Shown here: one piece after another, positions 28,201-37,057 of the stretch
How positions within the stretch are numbered: position 1 is the first letter of the stretch
Layout: every line of letters starts with the position of its first letter
Source: Bugula neritina
Taxonomy: Eukaryota > Animalia > Bryozoa
Assembly (NCBI GenBank): GCA_964035545.1
Contig: OZ037769.1
Location: forward strand, 16,336,633-16,400,632
DNA: 64,000 nucleotides
Direction: 5' to 3'
Made by a program: the position numbers and the translations under genes
The notes under the pieces: generated by a model
Told to the model about the DNA's origin: nothing
The model's database searches: none
Seen by the model: only the letters and a program-made list of their open reading frames with translations

Positions 28201-28694
28201 ACCAGAGGGCTCAATTCCAGTCCCAACTGTTGAGCGACCTCTGCCGCCTCTGGGGAGTAAACCAAAGCAGGACCACCCCGTACCATCCTCAGGGCAACGG
28301 GGTGGTGGAACGCAACAACCGCATGTTGGGCGATGCACTGCGCAGTCTGCTCCTCGGCCGGAGTCAGGAGGAGTGGGATACGGTACTGCCGCAAGTCATG
28401 CGGGCCTACCGTAGTACACCACACACCAGTACGGGGGAAACCCCTAACCTCCTGATGCTCGGTCGAGAGACGCGAGTGCCTGACCACCTCACATACCACA
28501 TCCCAGAGCAAGACTATACCATTCACGAATATGCCAGTAAATTGATAGAGGACGATATCCCCCCAAACTCCCTACCCGTGATGGTACTGCAGGTGGTGCC
28601 CCATCCCGAACCCTTCTCACGCCGGTGCTCACAAACAATTACTCAGTGTGACAATATTATAGTAACCTACCAGTATGCAGCTCTACCTCTATAG
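24933..28694 (+). CDS. pol: Gypsy Pol: aspartic protease, reverse transcriptase, RNase H, integrase (C-terminus apparently deleted)
   Basis: LLDSGC (PR); WRFCVDYRKLN, LPFGL, YLDD (RT); DTDAS..TDH (RH); HxxxH..CxxC, IDLVGP, HSDQ, VERNNR (IN); PR-RT-RH-IN order is Gypsy. Confidence 0.97.
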   Translation: MDVARSPYGPSGTPPVNGKHPAETSQPGRPRDPFSLPLTNRFGPLPVMEQTSEAPQGIGEDQNTPPQGNSHRPRKPRNKRAQPRSAETEHAGGVRVQPHGGSYFLPGKVAGKAVTFLLDSGCTTNLLSRRVFDTLPLKERGALAPCTGEPGTLADGSRIPFYGIIELTGRVRDQAIQETFVISPLEEDAILGMPFLKRHGCHIDFSKSAMLMGGKELTCVDKFGRPLAGGVQVVRNCTIPGRSRATVHCRVNNSQLSGLGVVEGAHTRIQLASSLNRLTDRGEILVQCVNPFSEAVQLPSGSMLGRFHSIQEEDIGPSLGAATEGPQQSPSVRRGTVPPHVKELYQAACDGCTGNVERQTMAQLLRDYSDVFSSGDHDVGLTTAVRHEIPLAAGTTPIRQPTRRLGPEKEKEVSQQVRDLLDRGLIEPAHSAWSSPVVLVRKKDGSWRFCVDYRKLNSVTIQDAYPLPRIDKSLDALAGSKYFSTLDLLSGYWQVPLSPDAQEKAAFITRDGLWKWKVLPFGLTSAPATFQRLMEQVLSGLHWKTLLVYLDDVIVISPDFQTHVSRLREVFDRLRGANLKLKPSKCALLQPEVKYLGHVVGRHGVATDPEKVRAIEDWVTPQDLTGLRAFLGLVGYYRQYIPDLAGVAQPLNRLTAKGVTWQWTPVEQRAFDCLKGRLLEAPILAYPDPALEYILDTDASDQNVGAVLSQVQEGREVVVAYYSKSLSPTERNYCTTRKELLAVIKSVKHFRPYLYGRKFRLRTDHASLIWLCKRAEPSSQVARWLEVLAEFSYRIEHRPGRKHGNADGLSRRPDEGCKQCLNIEKRDGGPPKSELRALNHSETEYDWNQGQLLQKAATPPEAIQRLRANPVLADNVRELRRLQEDLPGVVADVYRAKKEGRRPSEEQLRQGCTELRSYCQRWDSLRIGPDGLLTITVAAHNNQYGRKRVICPAAIRRELVWDTHKQAHAGVSRVLSKLQLRWYWPGMEREVRRRVKQCEICQASKHGRLPGEAGRRRLYAGRPWQVVAIDLVGPMPVTPRGNSWILVLTDHFTRWADALAIPDASAPTVARVLDQNVFCYLGLPEQIHSDQRAQFQSQLLSDLCRLWGVNQSRTTPYHPQGNGVVERNNRMLGDALRSLLLGRSQEEWDTVLPQVMRAYRSTPHTSTGETPNLLMLGRETRVPDHLTYHIPEQDYTIHEYASKLIEDDIPPNSLPVMVLQVVPHPEPFSRRCSQTITQCDNIIVTYQYAALPL

Positions 28695-29275
28695 ACTATT
28701 CCCTTACAAGTGCCTCCCGCCGGTGTCATTGTGTATTCACTGTTATATTTTTTTTATATATATACATGTTTTTCTTATTACTGTACATAGCCATGTTCTT
28801 TCTTTTATGTGCCACACGCTCTCTCAGTTTTTTTTAGTTTTATAACGTTTTATGTCTGAATTAATTGTATCTGTGTTATCAGAAAGTAGGGCTTTCTGCT
28901 GGGGGGGGCGGTGTAGTGAGGACGTAATACGCGCGTCCCCCAAACCCCTTCAGCCTATCCGAGTGCGTCACGTGATAACCCTCAGCGAGTAGTAGTTTAT
29001 CAGTAGAGAGAGCGTACTAACTAAGTGAAGATGTAGTTTTAATATGCGTACTTTTTGTATCTTGCCATATACTTAGTAGCGAATAAACTTTGTAAACTCT
29101 TACTTAAATACTTTATTGATGTGGATAAATAGACTATAATTACAAGCTAGGAACCCACGCATAGTAATTACACAAATTACTACAGTATCATGAATGAAGT
29201 TGGGGATGGACAGTATTCTAGTTGGTTTTTGTGCTTCCGTTTTGTTTTTGATGTTTGTGTTTTCAGGGTATTCCG

Positions 29276-32200
29276 ATGGCTGAAGCTACAGTTGAGCAGG
29301 TAGAATGTGGATTCTGTGTAACCAGACTAGAAGATCTAGAAGATTCCAGATCTCTACCTTGTTCTCATGTACACTGTTTAAGATGTCTGCTGGGGAACTT
29401 TGAGGTCAATAAGATAGTGAGATGTCCCTTCTGCAGGTATCACTTTACCCTGAGATATTCTCAGTTTGAGTTCTGTTTACTAATCATTGTGAGTTCTACT
29501 ATATTGTGTGTTATATTCTCTACTGAGAGAGATGTATTGTATATACTGTGATGAGTTAGTAACTACTTTACTGTATTGTGTAGGGAAGTATTTGATGTTG
29601 ACATTCACTCTCTTCCTACCTCCAACACCAGAGAAGGTCCATCTCTATACTGTGATAGTTGTACTAGGAAAGGAGTGAATAATCAGCCAGCTGTTATTTA
29701 CTGTAAAACTTGTTCTACTAAACTGTGTGCTAAACACAGAGACGTGAGTTAACAGTCTTAGTGTTTAGACATGGCAGTTTTATTATTTTTAACAATCTTA
29801 AACATTTTCATTAATACAAAGTATCTATGCCAAAGCCCAAGTTTGCCATTTGAACGTTCTTCTTTTATGTCTACTATAACTTCTGATTTGTTTTGAGTTT
29901 TTTTGCAAAGTTTTAGTGAACCGTTGGATAAGTGATAGATCCAGTGTTGATTTGTTATTTACAAGTCACATGACGATGTGCATGGAGGCCACCCTATGAT
30001 CACTATGACTGACTACAGAGCACAGGCTAGTAAACTAGAACCTAGACTGTGTACTAAACACACAGAGTTACCATACAGTATGGGATGTAGGAGATGCCTT
30101 GATCTGTTCTGTACAGAGTGTGTTGGTGGTTTAAAAGGATGTGCAGATGGTAAGCATAGTAGTTTAAAATTTGAAAGTATGTTTTTTTGTTGTAAAAAAG
30201 CACAATTTTGCTATATAAATAAAGGTGCCTGGATAAAAAAAGTGTCAGTTTATACAAGGTTGTATAAAATTCTCTTTAATGAATAGCAAATAATTATGTT
30301 ACAATAGTTACTCATGACTGATATTTGAGTATATTATAATGCCATGCATGTTATTCAGTGTTATTCAGAATTGATGATATTAATACGTAAATCCAGTTTA
30401 AATTTACACACTCCTATTGGGGGGGCGCACCACGCCAACTCAGTATAAATAACATGACTTCCAGTGGTATTCGGCTGGGAACCTTCTCTAGTCAACTTCA
30501 GAGTTAATTAAACAACTTGACTTCGAATAGACTCCTGCTGCACCACTCTGCTTTACCTCAATGAACATGTCACAAAAGAATTTGCTACTTAAGAGAATAT
30601 GTTACAAGATTGTCATGAATAACTTTCTACAGTCTCATTGTTAATTATCTGCTTGAAGATCAATTTGTAAATTGTCACTTTCTTCAGTCTGTCTAACTTC
30701 AGGTTTATTAAATGGCATTGAGTGAGAACAAGTGATGTACATCTGTTTAGTTGTGTTTTCAAGCTGTCTTGTTTTCACTCATGTATTATTTTTATATATC
30801 AGTGAATTCACGTGTTTATTGAGGGGAAAGTTTGTAACTGCAGTGCTGGTATAAATTACAATAATCAATAAATATTTGCTTTCATAGGTTCCCCTCATAA
30901 CCTGATGTCACTGAAAGAGTTGGTAACTGAACTCTCCAAAGAGGTGGATGGGATGAGATCAGAAATACTGGACAGAGAAGATAAACTCTCAGATTTACTG
31001 AAACACATGACTGGAGTATTGTGTGATTATGATAGTGAGACTAGAGATAGGATAGAGACACTCCACAGAACACGTGATGAACAGGTCATATTATATACTC
31101 TGTACTGCTATATGTTAGTTGTATATCACTGTAGTCACTAGTTTGTAAGTCAAGATATAAATAAACTAGTAGAATCTATTTATAGATTGAGAGTATTCAA
31201 CAGAAGTATAAGAAGTTGGAAGAAGAGTTGATAGAATTGAGAAGAAATACTAAATTAGAGTTGGAGAGATTCACTGAACAGGATGTTGGAGTGAAGTTGT
31301 CTGATCTGAATAGACATAGACTTCAGATTGAGGCCAGACATAAACACAATCACCAGGTCTGTGGTTTACTAGTTCCATGATATTATAGTATTTAGTTCTG
31401 TTTGATTTTGATGAAGTGATATTTTTATTCAGTTTCAAGAAAGTGTATATCTTTAGGTGGACATTATAAACAGACATGGGGAGACAATCAACCAGATTAA
31501 GGAGTTGTTATCAGGGAACCTTCCAAATTTGAAACTATCCAATATGGCTACTCTAGAGGTCAAAGGTTAGACTTTTAATATAACTAAATAGTGATTTTTT
31601 AAAACTTTTTCAGCTTAGATGCTCCTTTTTAATAAGTAGTATAGTAAGTAGTGTGGCTAAATACTTTATTACTTTAATTGGCTAAGAAATGTGGGAGTGA
31701 CTGGAATGTGGGAGCGACTTAAATATAAAAGTATGTACTGTCAAACACATTTGTTTACAAGACTTACTATAAATCATGTGTCAGTTAAGTACTCTTTATT
31801 CGATGCACAGGATTCTCTACTGTCTGACATGTGACGATTCCAATTTTGTTGTTTTAATCGCTGTTTTTTCACTAACGATTTAAAGGCAAAAAGGGTGATT
31901 TGCTTTATATTTGAATGCATTTCTTCGGCTTTAAATATTTTAGATAACACTGTAATACTGATCTCAGTCTATTATCAAAACAAAACCTGTTTTGTCTATA
32001 GTGTTAAGTAAACTTGCATTCTCGTAATGTCTGACTATGAATACTGCTTTACTTTAACTAGCTAGACAATGTAGAAACTACCTAAATACATGTTTATTCA
32101 CAGAAAACACATTTATTTGCGAGGCTAGCTGTAAATCATTTTCCAGTTAAGTATTACCAGTTCCTACTGGATATACAAATTTCGCATTGCTTGACATTTG

Positions 32201-34213
32201 ACGATTTGCATTTTGTATTTTTCACAAAACTGTTTACGAGCCAGTTTATATTTGAATGGATGTTTCCACTTTGAATAGTTGAGAGGTTATATCAATAATC
32301 AGTTATATCACATTTATTATCAAATGCATGCTAACACTGGAAGATTATATAAAGTATCACATAATCATATACTATGACTGTTTGAGGTGTGCTGACACCT
32401 GCTAGCACCTGTTTCTTCCAGATCAAAATTCTGTAATCCACAAAAGTGTTTTCTACAATCTGGAAATGTAAAGTTGTCCGATGAGCAGATCGCAGAAGAA
32501 TTTGAATAATAATTTATTTCCCAGCAGCGTACTTCTCTGGTAATTTTCTGATTTCAAAGTTGCTTTGTCAGAATTGTGTGAATTATAAAACTGTGAAGAA
32601 ATTTGTTTAGTGAACAGGTTTGCTCATCATATCATTAATTTGTTCACTATCTTCGTTTTGCTATTTTTGCTACTAAATTATAAGCTTTTGTTAGACAGGA
32701 ATTCGGAGTTGTATTACCAACTATTATTATCGGCCTATGAAAAAAAGTTGTATTTTCATGTAAAAATGTAGTTTTCAGAGTCAGTTTGAATAGGGTTGAT
32801 ACTAATTGTGAATGTAAGTTATATTAAACATGAAAAACAATGATATATTAAATTCAATAGCTAGGATTTCCTGATGAAAACCGTTTTTATTGTAGGTGAG
32901 AGGAGAGAAGTTGAAGTTGAAGTTGTCACCTCAAAAAAAGTGTCAATAGACTTGGAACATGAACTGACAACTCCTGATACTCTACCCACACAGTTGTCTC
33001 TCCTGCATACAGTTCCTGTGTCTGGTCACTGTACTTCAGTCTGTAGTTATCAGGGAAACACTTATGTTGGGGTAGTGGGTGGTAGAGTAGATATAATAGA
33101 TGAGAATAACCAACACAGTAGGGAGTTTGTAGGAGTAGGTAACTCTGTACTCAGTGTAGCTGTATACAAGGACAGACTGTATACTTTAGTATATGGTATT
33201 CCTTACACAGTAACAGTACATGATCTGACAGGGAAACTCATCACCAACTGGGCTCACACTGATCACAGATCTGGGTTTAGTAAACTAGCAGTTGTTAGTG
33301 ACCGGGTTGTTATACCAGACAGACAGAATAAGAGACTAACAGTCTACTCTCTCACAGGGGAGATAATTAGACACATTCAGTGTCCTCTACTCAGTCGTAA
33401 CTGGGTATCAATGTGTGCCGTAGACAATCACTCTATTGTTGTGTCTGATACTCAAACTTCTAAAGTGTTTAAAGTGAATATTCCAAGTGGAGAAGTTGAA
33501 TGGACATCACAAGATGTACCCAACCCTGGAGGTGCAGCATACCACCAAGGGAGAGTGTTTGTTACTAACTTCAGTAATACCACCAGAGTCTGGATACTGG
33601 ATGTGAATACAGGTTAGATTATATACTTACTAATCTATATTATATACTTACTAATCTACATTATATACTTACTAATCTGTATTATATACTTACTAATCTA
33701 CATTATATACTTACTAATCTACATTATATACTTACTAATCTACATTATATACTTACTAATCTACATTATATACTTACTAATCTACATTATATACTTACTA
33801 ATCTACATTATATACTTACTAATCTACACTATATACTTACTAATCTACATTATATACTTACTGATCTATATTACATACTTACTAATCTATATTGTATACT
33901 TGCTAATCTATGTTATATACTTACTAATCTATGTTATATACTTACTAATCTATGTTATATACTTACTAATCTATATTATATACTTACTAATCTACATTAT
34001 ATACTTACTAATCTACATTATATACTTACTAATCTACATTATATACTTACTAATCTACATTATATATTCATATATTCAGGTAAACTGCTCACAGAGATCT
34101 CAGATGCTGCTATAGGGACTGACCCTCTTGTATTTGATCTGCACGTGACAGGAAATACTCTGATAGTCCCGAGATACAATGAAAGTAAAGTACTGTTCTA
34201 CCAAATAGACTGA
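29276..34213 (+). CDS. TRIM-NHL-like E3 ligase (RING, two B-boxes, coiled coil, beta-propeller), copy 2, intact, 610 aa
   Basis: Eight GT-AG coding exons 29276-29436, 29584-29743, 29966-30149, 30888-31084, 31186-31356, 31457-31565, 32896-33612, 34080-34213 total 1833 nt in one open frame. RING CGFC..LPCSHVHCLRC..CPFC; B-box CDSC..CKTC..LCAKH; B-box CTKH..CRRC..FCTEC; helical exons; NHL-like blades. Confidence 0.9.
33613..34079 (+). repeat. 21-bp minisatellite forming the last intron of TRIM copy 2
   Basis: About 21 tatatacttactaatctacat units between GT and AG. Confidence 0.95.
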
Positions 34214-34570
34214 ACAATCTGCTCTACTTTTTACTTGTCTGTCGATAGACAGGGAATTAAAATCTTGATTTGATAAACAATTTTGAAGTTGAATTCACAT
34301 GATATAGGCTAATTTTATTCTAAGTAATTCACTGCATGAATAGCTTTTTCTATTTATTAGATTGTTTTATATTTTCTTTTAAATACATTTTTTCGTCTTG
34401 CTTTAGTTAGTATCATGGATTTAGCCACAATTAACAATTAAGTTAGTGGAGTGTTATGTTGTATTCTAAAATGTGTAAACAATTTTCTATGCACAGTCTA
34501 TAACTTCTAATTTGGTAGAAAATTTCAAAATAAATTAGAAACGGAATGAGTTGTGCATTAATTTTGTGTG

Positions 34571-34850
34571 ATAGAGTTAATATTGTATGGTAAAGTTAGT
34601 ATTGTATGGTAGAGTTAGTATTGTATGGTAGAGTTAGTATTGTATGGTAGAGTTAGTATTGTGTGGTAGAGTTAGTATTGTATGGTAGAGTTAGTATTGT
34701 ATGGTAGAGTTAGTATTGTATGGTAGAGTTAGTATTGTGTGGTAGAGTTAGTATTGTATGGTAGAGTTAGTATTGTATGGTAGAGTTAGTATTGTATGGT
34801 ATAGTTAGTATTGTATAGTAGAGTTAGTATTGTATGGTAGAGTTAGTATT
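34571..34850. repeat. 20-bp minisatellite (GTAGAGTTAGTATTGTATG-type) downstream of TRIM copy 2
   Basis: Reverse complement of the 12181-13300 family. Confidence 0.95.
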
Positions 34851-36007
34851 CTCACTGGCCTAGAAGTCTTGAAAGTTGTCTCCTCGTACATCATGTTGTA
34901 TACAAGAGATGATAACTCATTATCTGTCATTAAAAACTAAATAATATTCAACTAAATCACAATAAATTATTGAAGTATCATTTATATGTACAGACAACTC
35001 CCAAGTAGTAGTGCATTTCCATGTTTCCAGTGTGTTCAACACAAAATTGTGAGGACATCATGTCTTTAGCTAATTCCTTCTGTGTATGTAAAGCACGTAG
35101 TTTTCTTACGTCCACCCTTTATAATACCTGTACACTATTGTAAGATCTCAAGCTAAGAGTTTGAAACATGTAGCAGTATAATAAACACAATGGGATCTAC
35201 TTATTAGTATGTAACAACACTATACTGAATATATCACTGATCTACTACTACTAATTACACCCATCAGTATTGTATATCTCACACATATATTTACAAATAC
35301 CACTAAATATATCCTCAGAAGCTCTCTCTATATTATACTCTGTATGTGTTACAAGTATACAGTAAACACTGCCACATGAACTAATACTGTTGTGAGCTTT
35401 AGCACACAATTATCAAGCGTGGATTGCCGGCGTATTTAGTTTCAATTTAACTAGCAACTACTAACAGAGGTTGCGTACGATAACCTTTATTTAATTCGAT
35501 AAACATAATTATAACAGTATGTCAAAACCACAATACATCAATCAATTACAACACGTCTTACTACTACGAGCCTCGGCTCTCAACAACATGGTTTCTGCTA
35601 GCTAACCCGCGAACAGTCACTTGACCGGAACCTTGCCTTCCGGTCCTTCTGATTGGATAGTAGAACATAGTTACAAGTATTCCCATACAGGAGGAGACAA
35701 ATGCATTATTATGCTACGTAATCCCATTACACCGCCCCCTCCAGCAGAAAGCCATACTTTCTGATAAAAACAGAAATAGTATAATAATGCAAAAATAACA
35801 CAAGTAAAGAAAACCCACAAAGAGAAAGAAAAGAAACATCAAATGTATGACATATATAAACACATAGTAAGATAACGGAGGGCCAGTGTACAACTGGCCA
35901 GCTATGAAGAGAGAGTCCTGGATCATAGGTCATTAGCAGTCGAGCATTTACATGATCACAATGTAGTACCCCGGGAACATGCGGGTGGAATTGTCAACTG
36001 TCAGCTC

Positions 36008-37028
36008 CTACTTTCGTAGGGATTCGATCCGGTGTCGTGCCTGCCGTGCACGTAGCCTACGCTTTAGGCGTCCTACTGAGCCTTTCAATTCACTAAGGCC
36101 CATTGTGGTACTGAGTAGATCGGGAGCCAACTGGGTGAGTTCATCCTGTAACCGTGAGAGTCTTTCTTCGACGGTTGCTAGTCGGGTAGGCCTGGTTGGG
36201 GTTGGCGTCGCTTCTTCTGGAGAGTCTGATGCTTCCATAGGGGTATCGTCTGGTCGCGGTATGATCGCGGCGACCGTTTTCACCATAGGGGACTTCTGAC
36301 GGGCGGCTGTTAATAATGCATAAAATCCGGAGGATAATGCGGCCCAGGTTAAAGCCTTCTTAACCATTGGTTTGACCGCTTCTAGGTATTGGTTGTAATT
36401 GTCCGCGTCTACTACATAGCCCTCGCCTGCGAAACAGTCCATCATGTGAGCCAGGACAGGGTATGGATACACGTCGTGAAATCCACACGGACAAAACCGT
36501 AGCAGGAAGTGTGCATTCACATGCAGCCGTAGTCCTTGGTGTGAGGGAAGCTCTTCGTAACACACGTGGCAGGTGTGTTGTGACCTACTCGGTCCCCAGG
36601 CTTCTTCAATTTGCCGCTCCGTTCGTCGCGACACCCATCTGTGTCTTCGACGCAGCACCGCGGGCAGTCCGTTATCCATTTCCGGTCCGTCATCCAAGAG
36701 AGAGTGTAGATCCTGTGACCCAGAGTTGGTCGATCGAGTGTGATCTGCAAGAGTATAACAGTGTAAGGGTACACTGAGTACAACCGGCGGAAACAGCCTG
36801 GTGGGTACTTAACTCAATTAGACACTCGTGAGACTCAGTTAATGAATAGTTGATCGAAAACACACACTGCTGTAACAGACTGTTAAGTCTTAGAGTCAAT
36901 GTGAATTCTCACCACTAGAAATCATTACCGAGTCTCCAGCTTACTTTATTATAGTTAAGCTGATTAATACAGTTTAGTTCTCGTACCAAAAACATAACTA
37001 ACTCACCCCTCGATTCTTGGCAAGCCAT
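36008..37028 (-). CDS. Spliced accessory gene of element 2: C2H2/C2HC zinc-finger plus coiled-coil protein, about 252 aa
   Basis: join(37007-37028, 36008-36744): ATG GCT TGC CAA GAA TCG AGG G|gtgagt..ttgcag|AT CAC is in frame with ORF 36008-36697. CHVC-x12-HVNAH, CPC..H..C and C-terminal heptads with a basic tail. ATG context, intron phase and protein are conserved in element 3. Confidence 0.72.
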
Positions 37029-37057
37029 TGTGAATGAGAGTGGTATGTTTATGAATT

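Larger units (their letters stand above)
23716..29184 (+). mobile_element. Ty3/Gypsy LTR retrotransposon, element 1 (gag, full PR-RT-RH-IN pol)
   Basis: 273-bp LTRs 23716-23988 and 28912-29184 (TG..CA, one mismatch seen); TSD GTAT at 23712-15 and 29185-88; PBS TGGTGGCAGCGGTGGGAT (complement of the tRNA-Leu 3' end) at 23990; PPT GGGGGGGGCGG at 28901-28911. Confidence 0.97.

Noticed and set aside
25673-28526. Antisense and alternate-frame ORFs inside pol, and similar ones in elements 2 and 3
   Set aside because: Expected shadows of GC-rich coding sequence; no motifs.
36008-36697. Accessory ORF as an env gene
   Set aside because: No signal peptide, furin-site/fusion-peptide arrangement or TM anchor.
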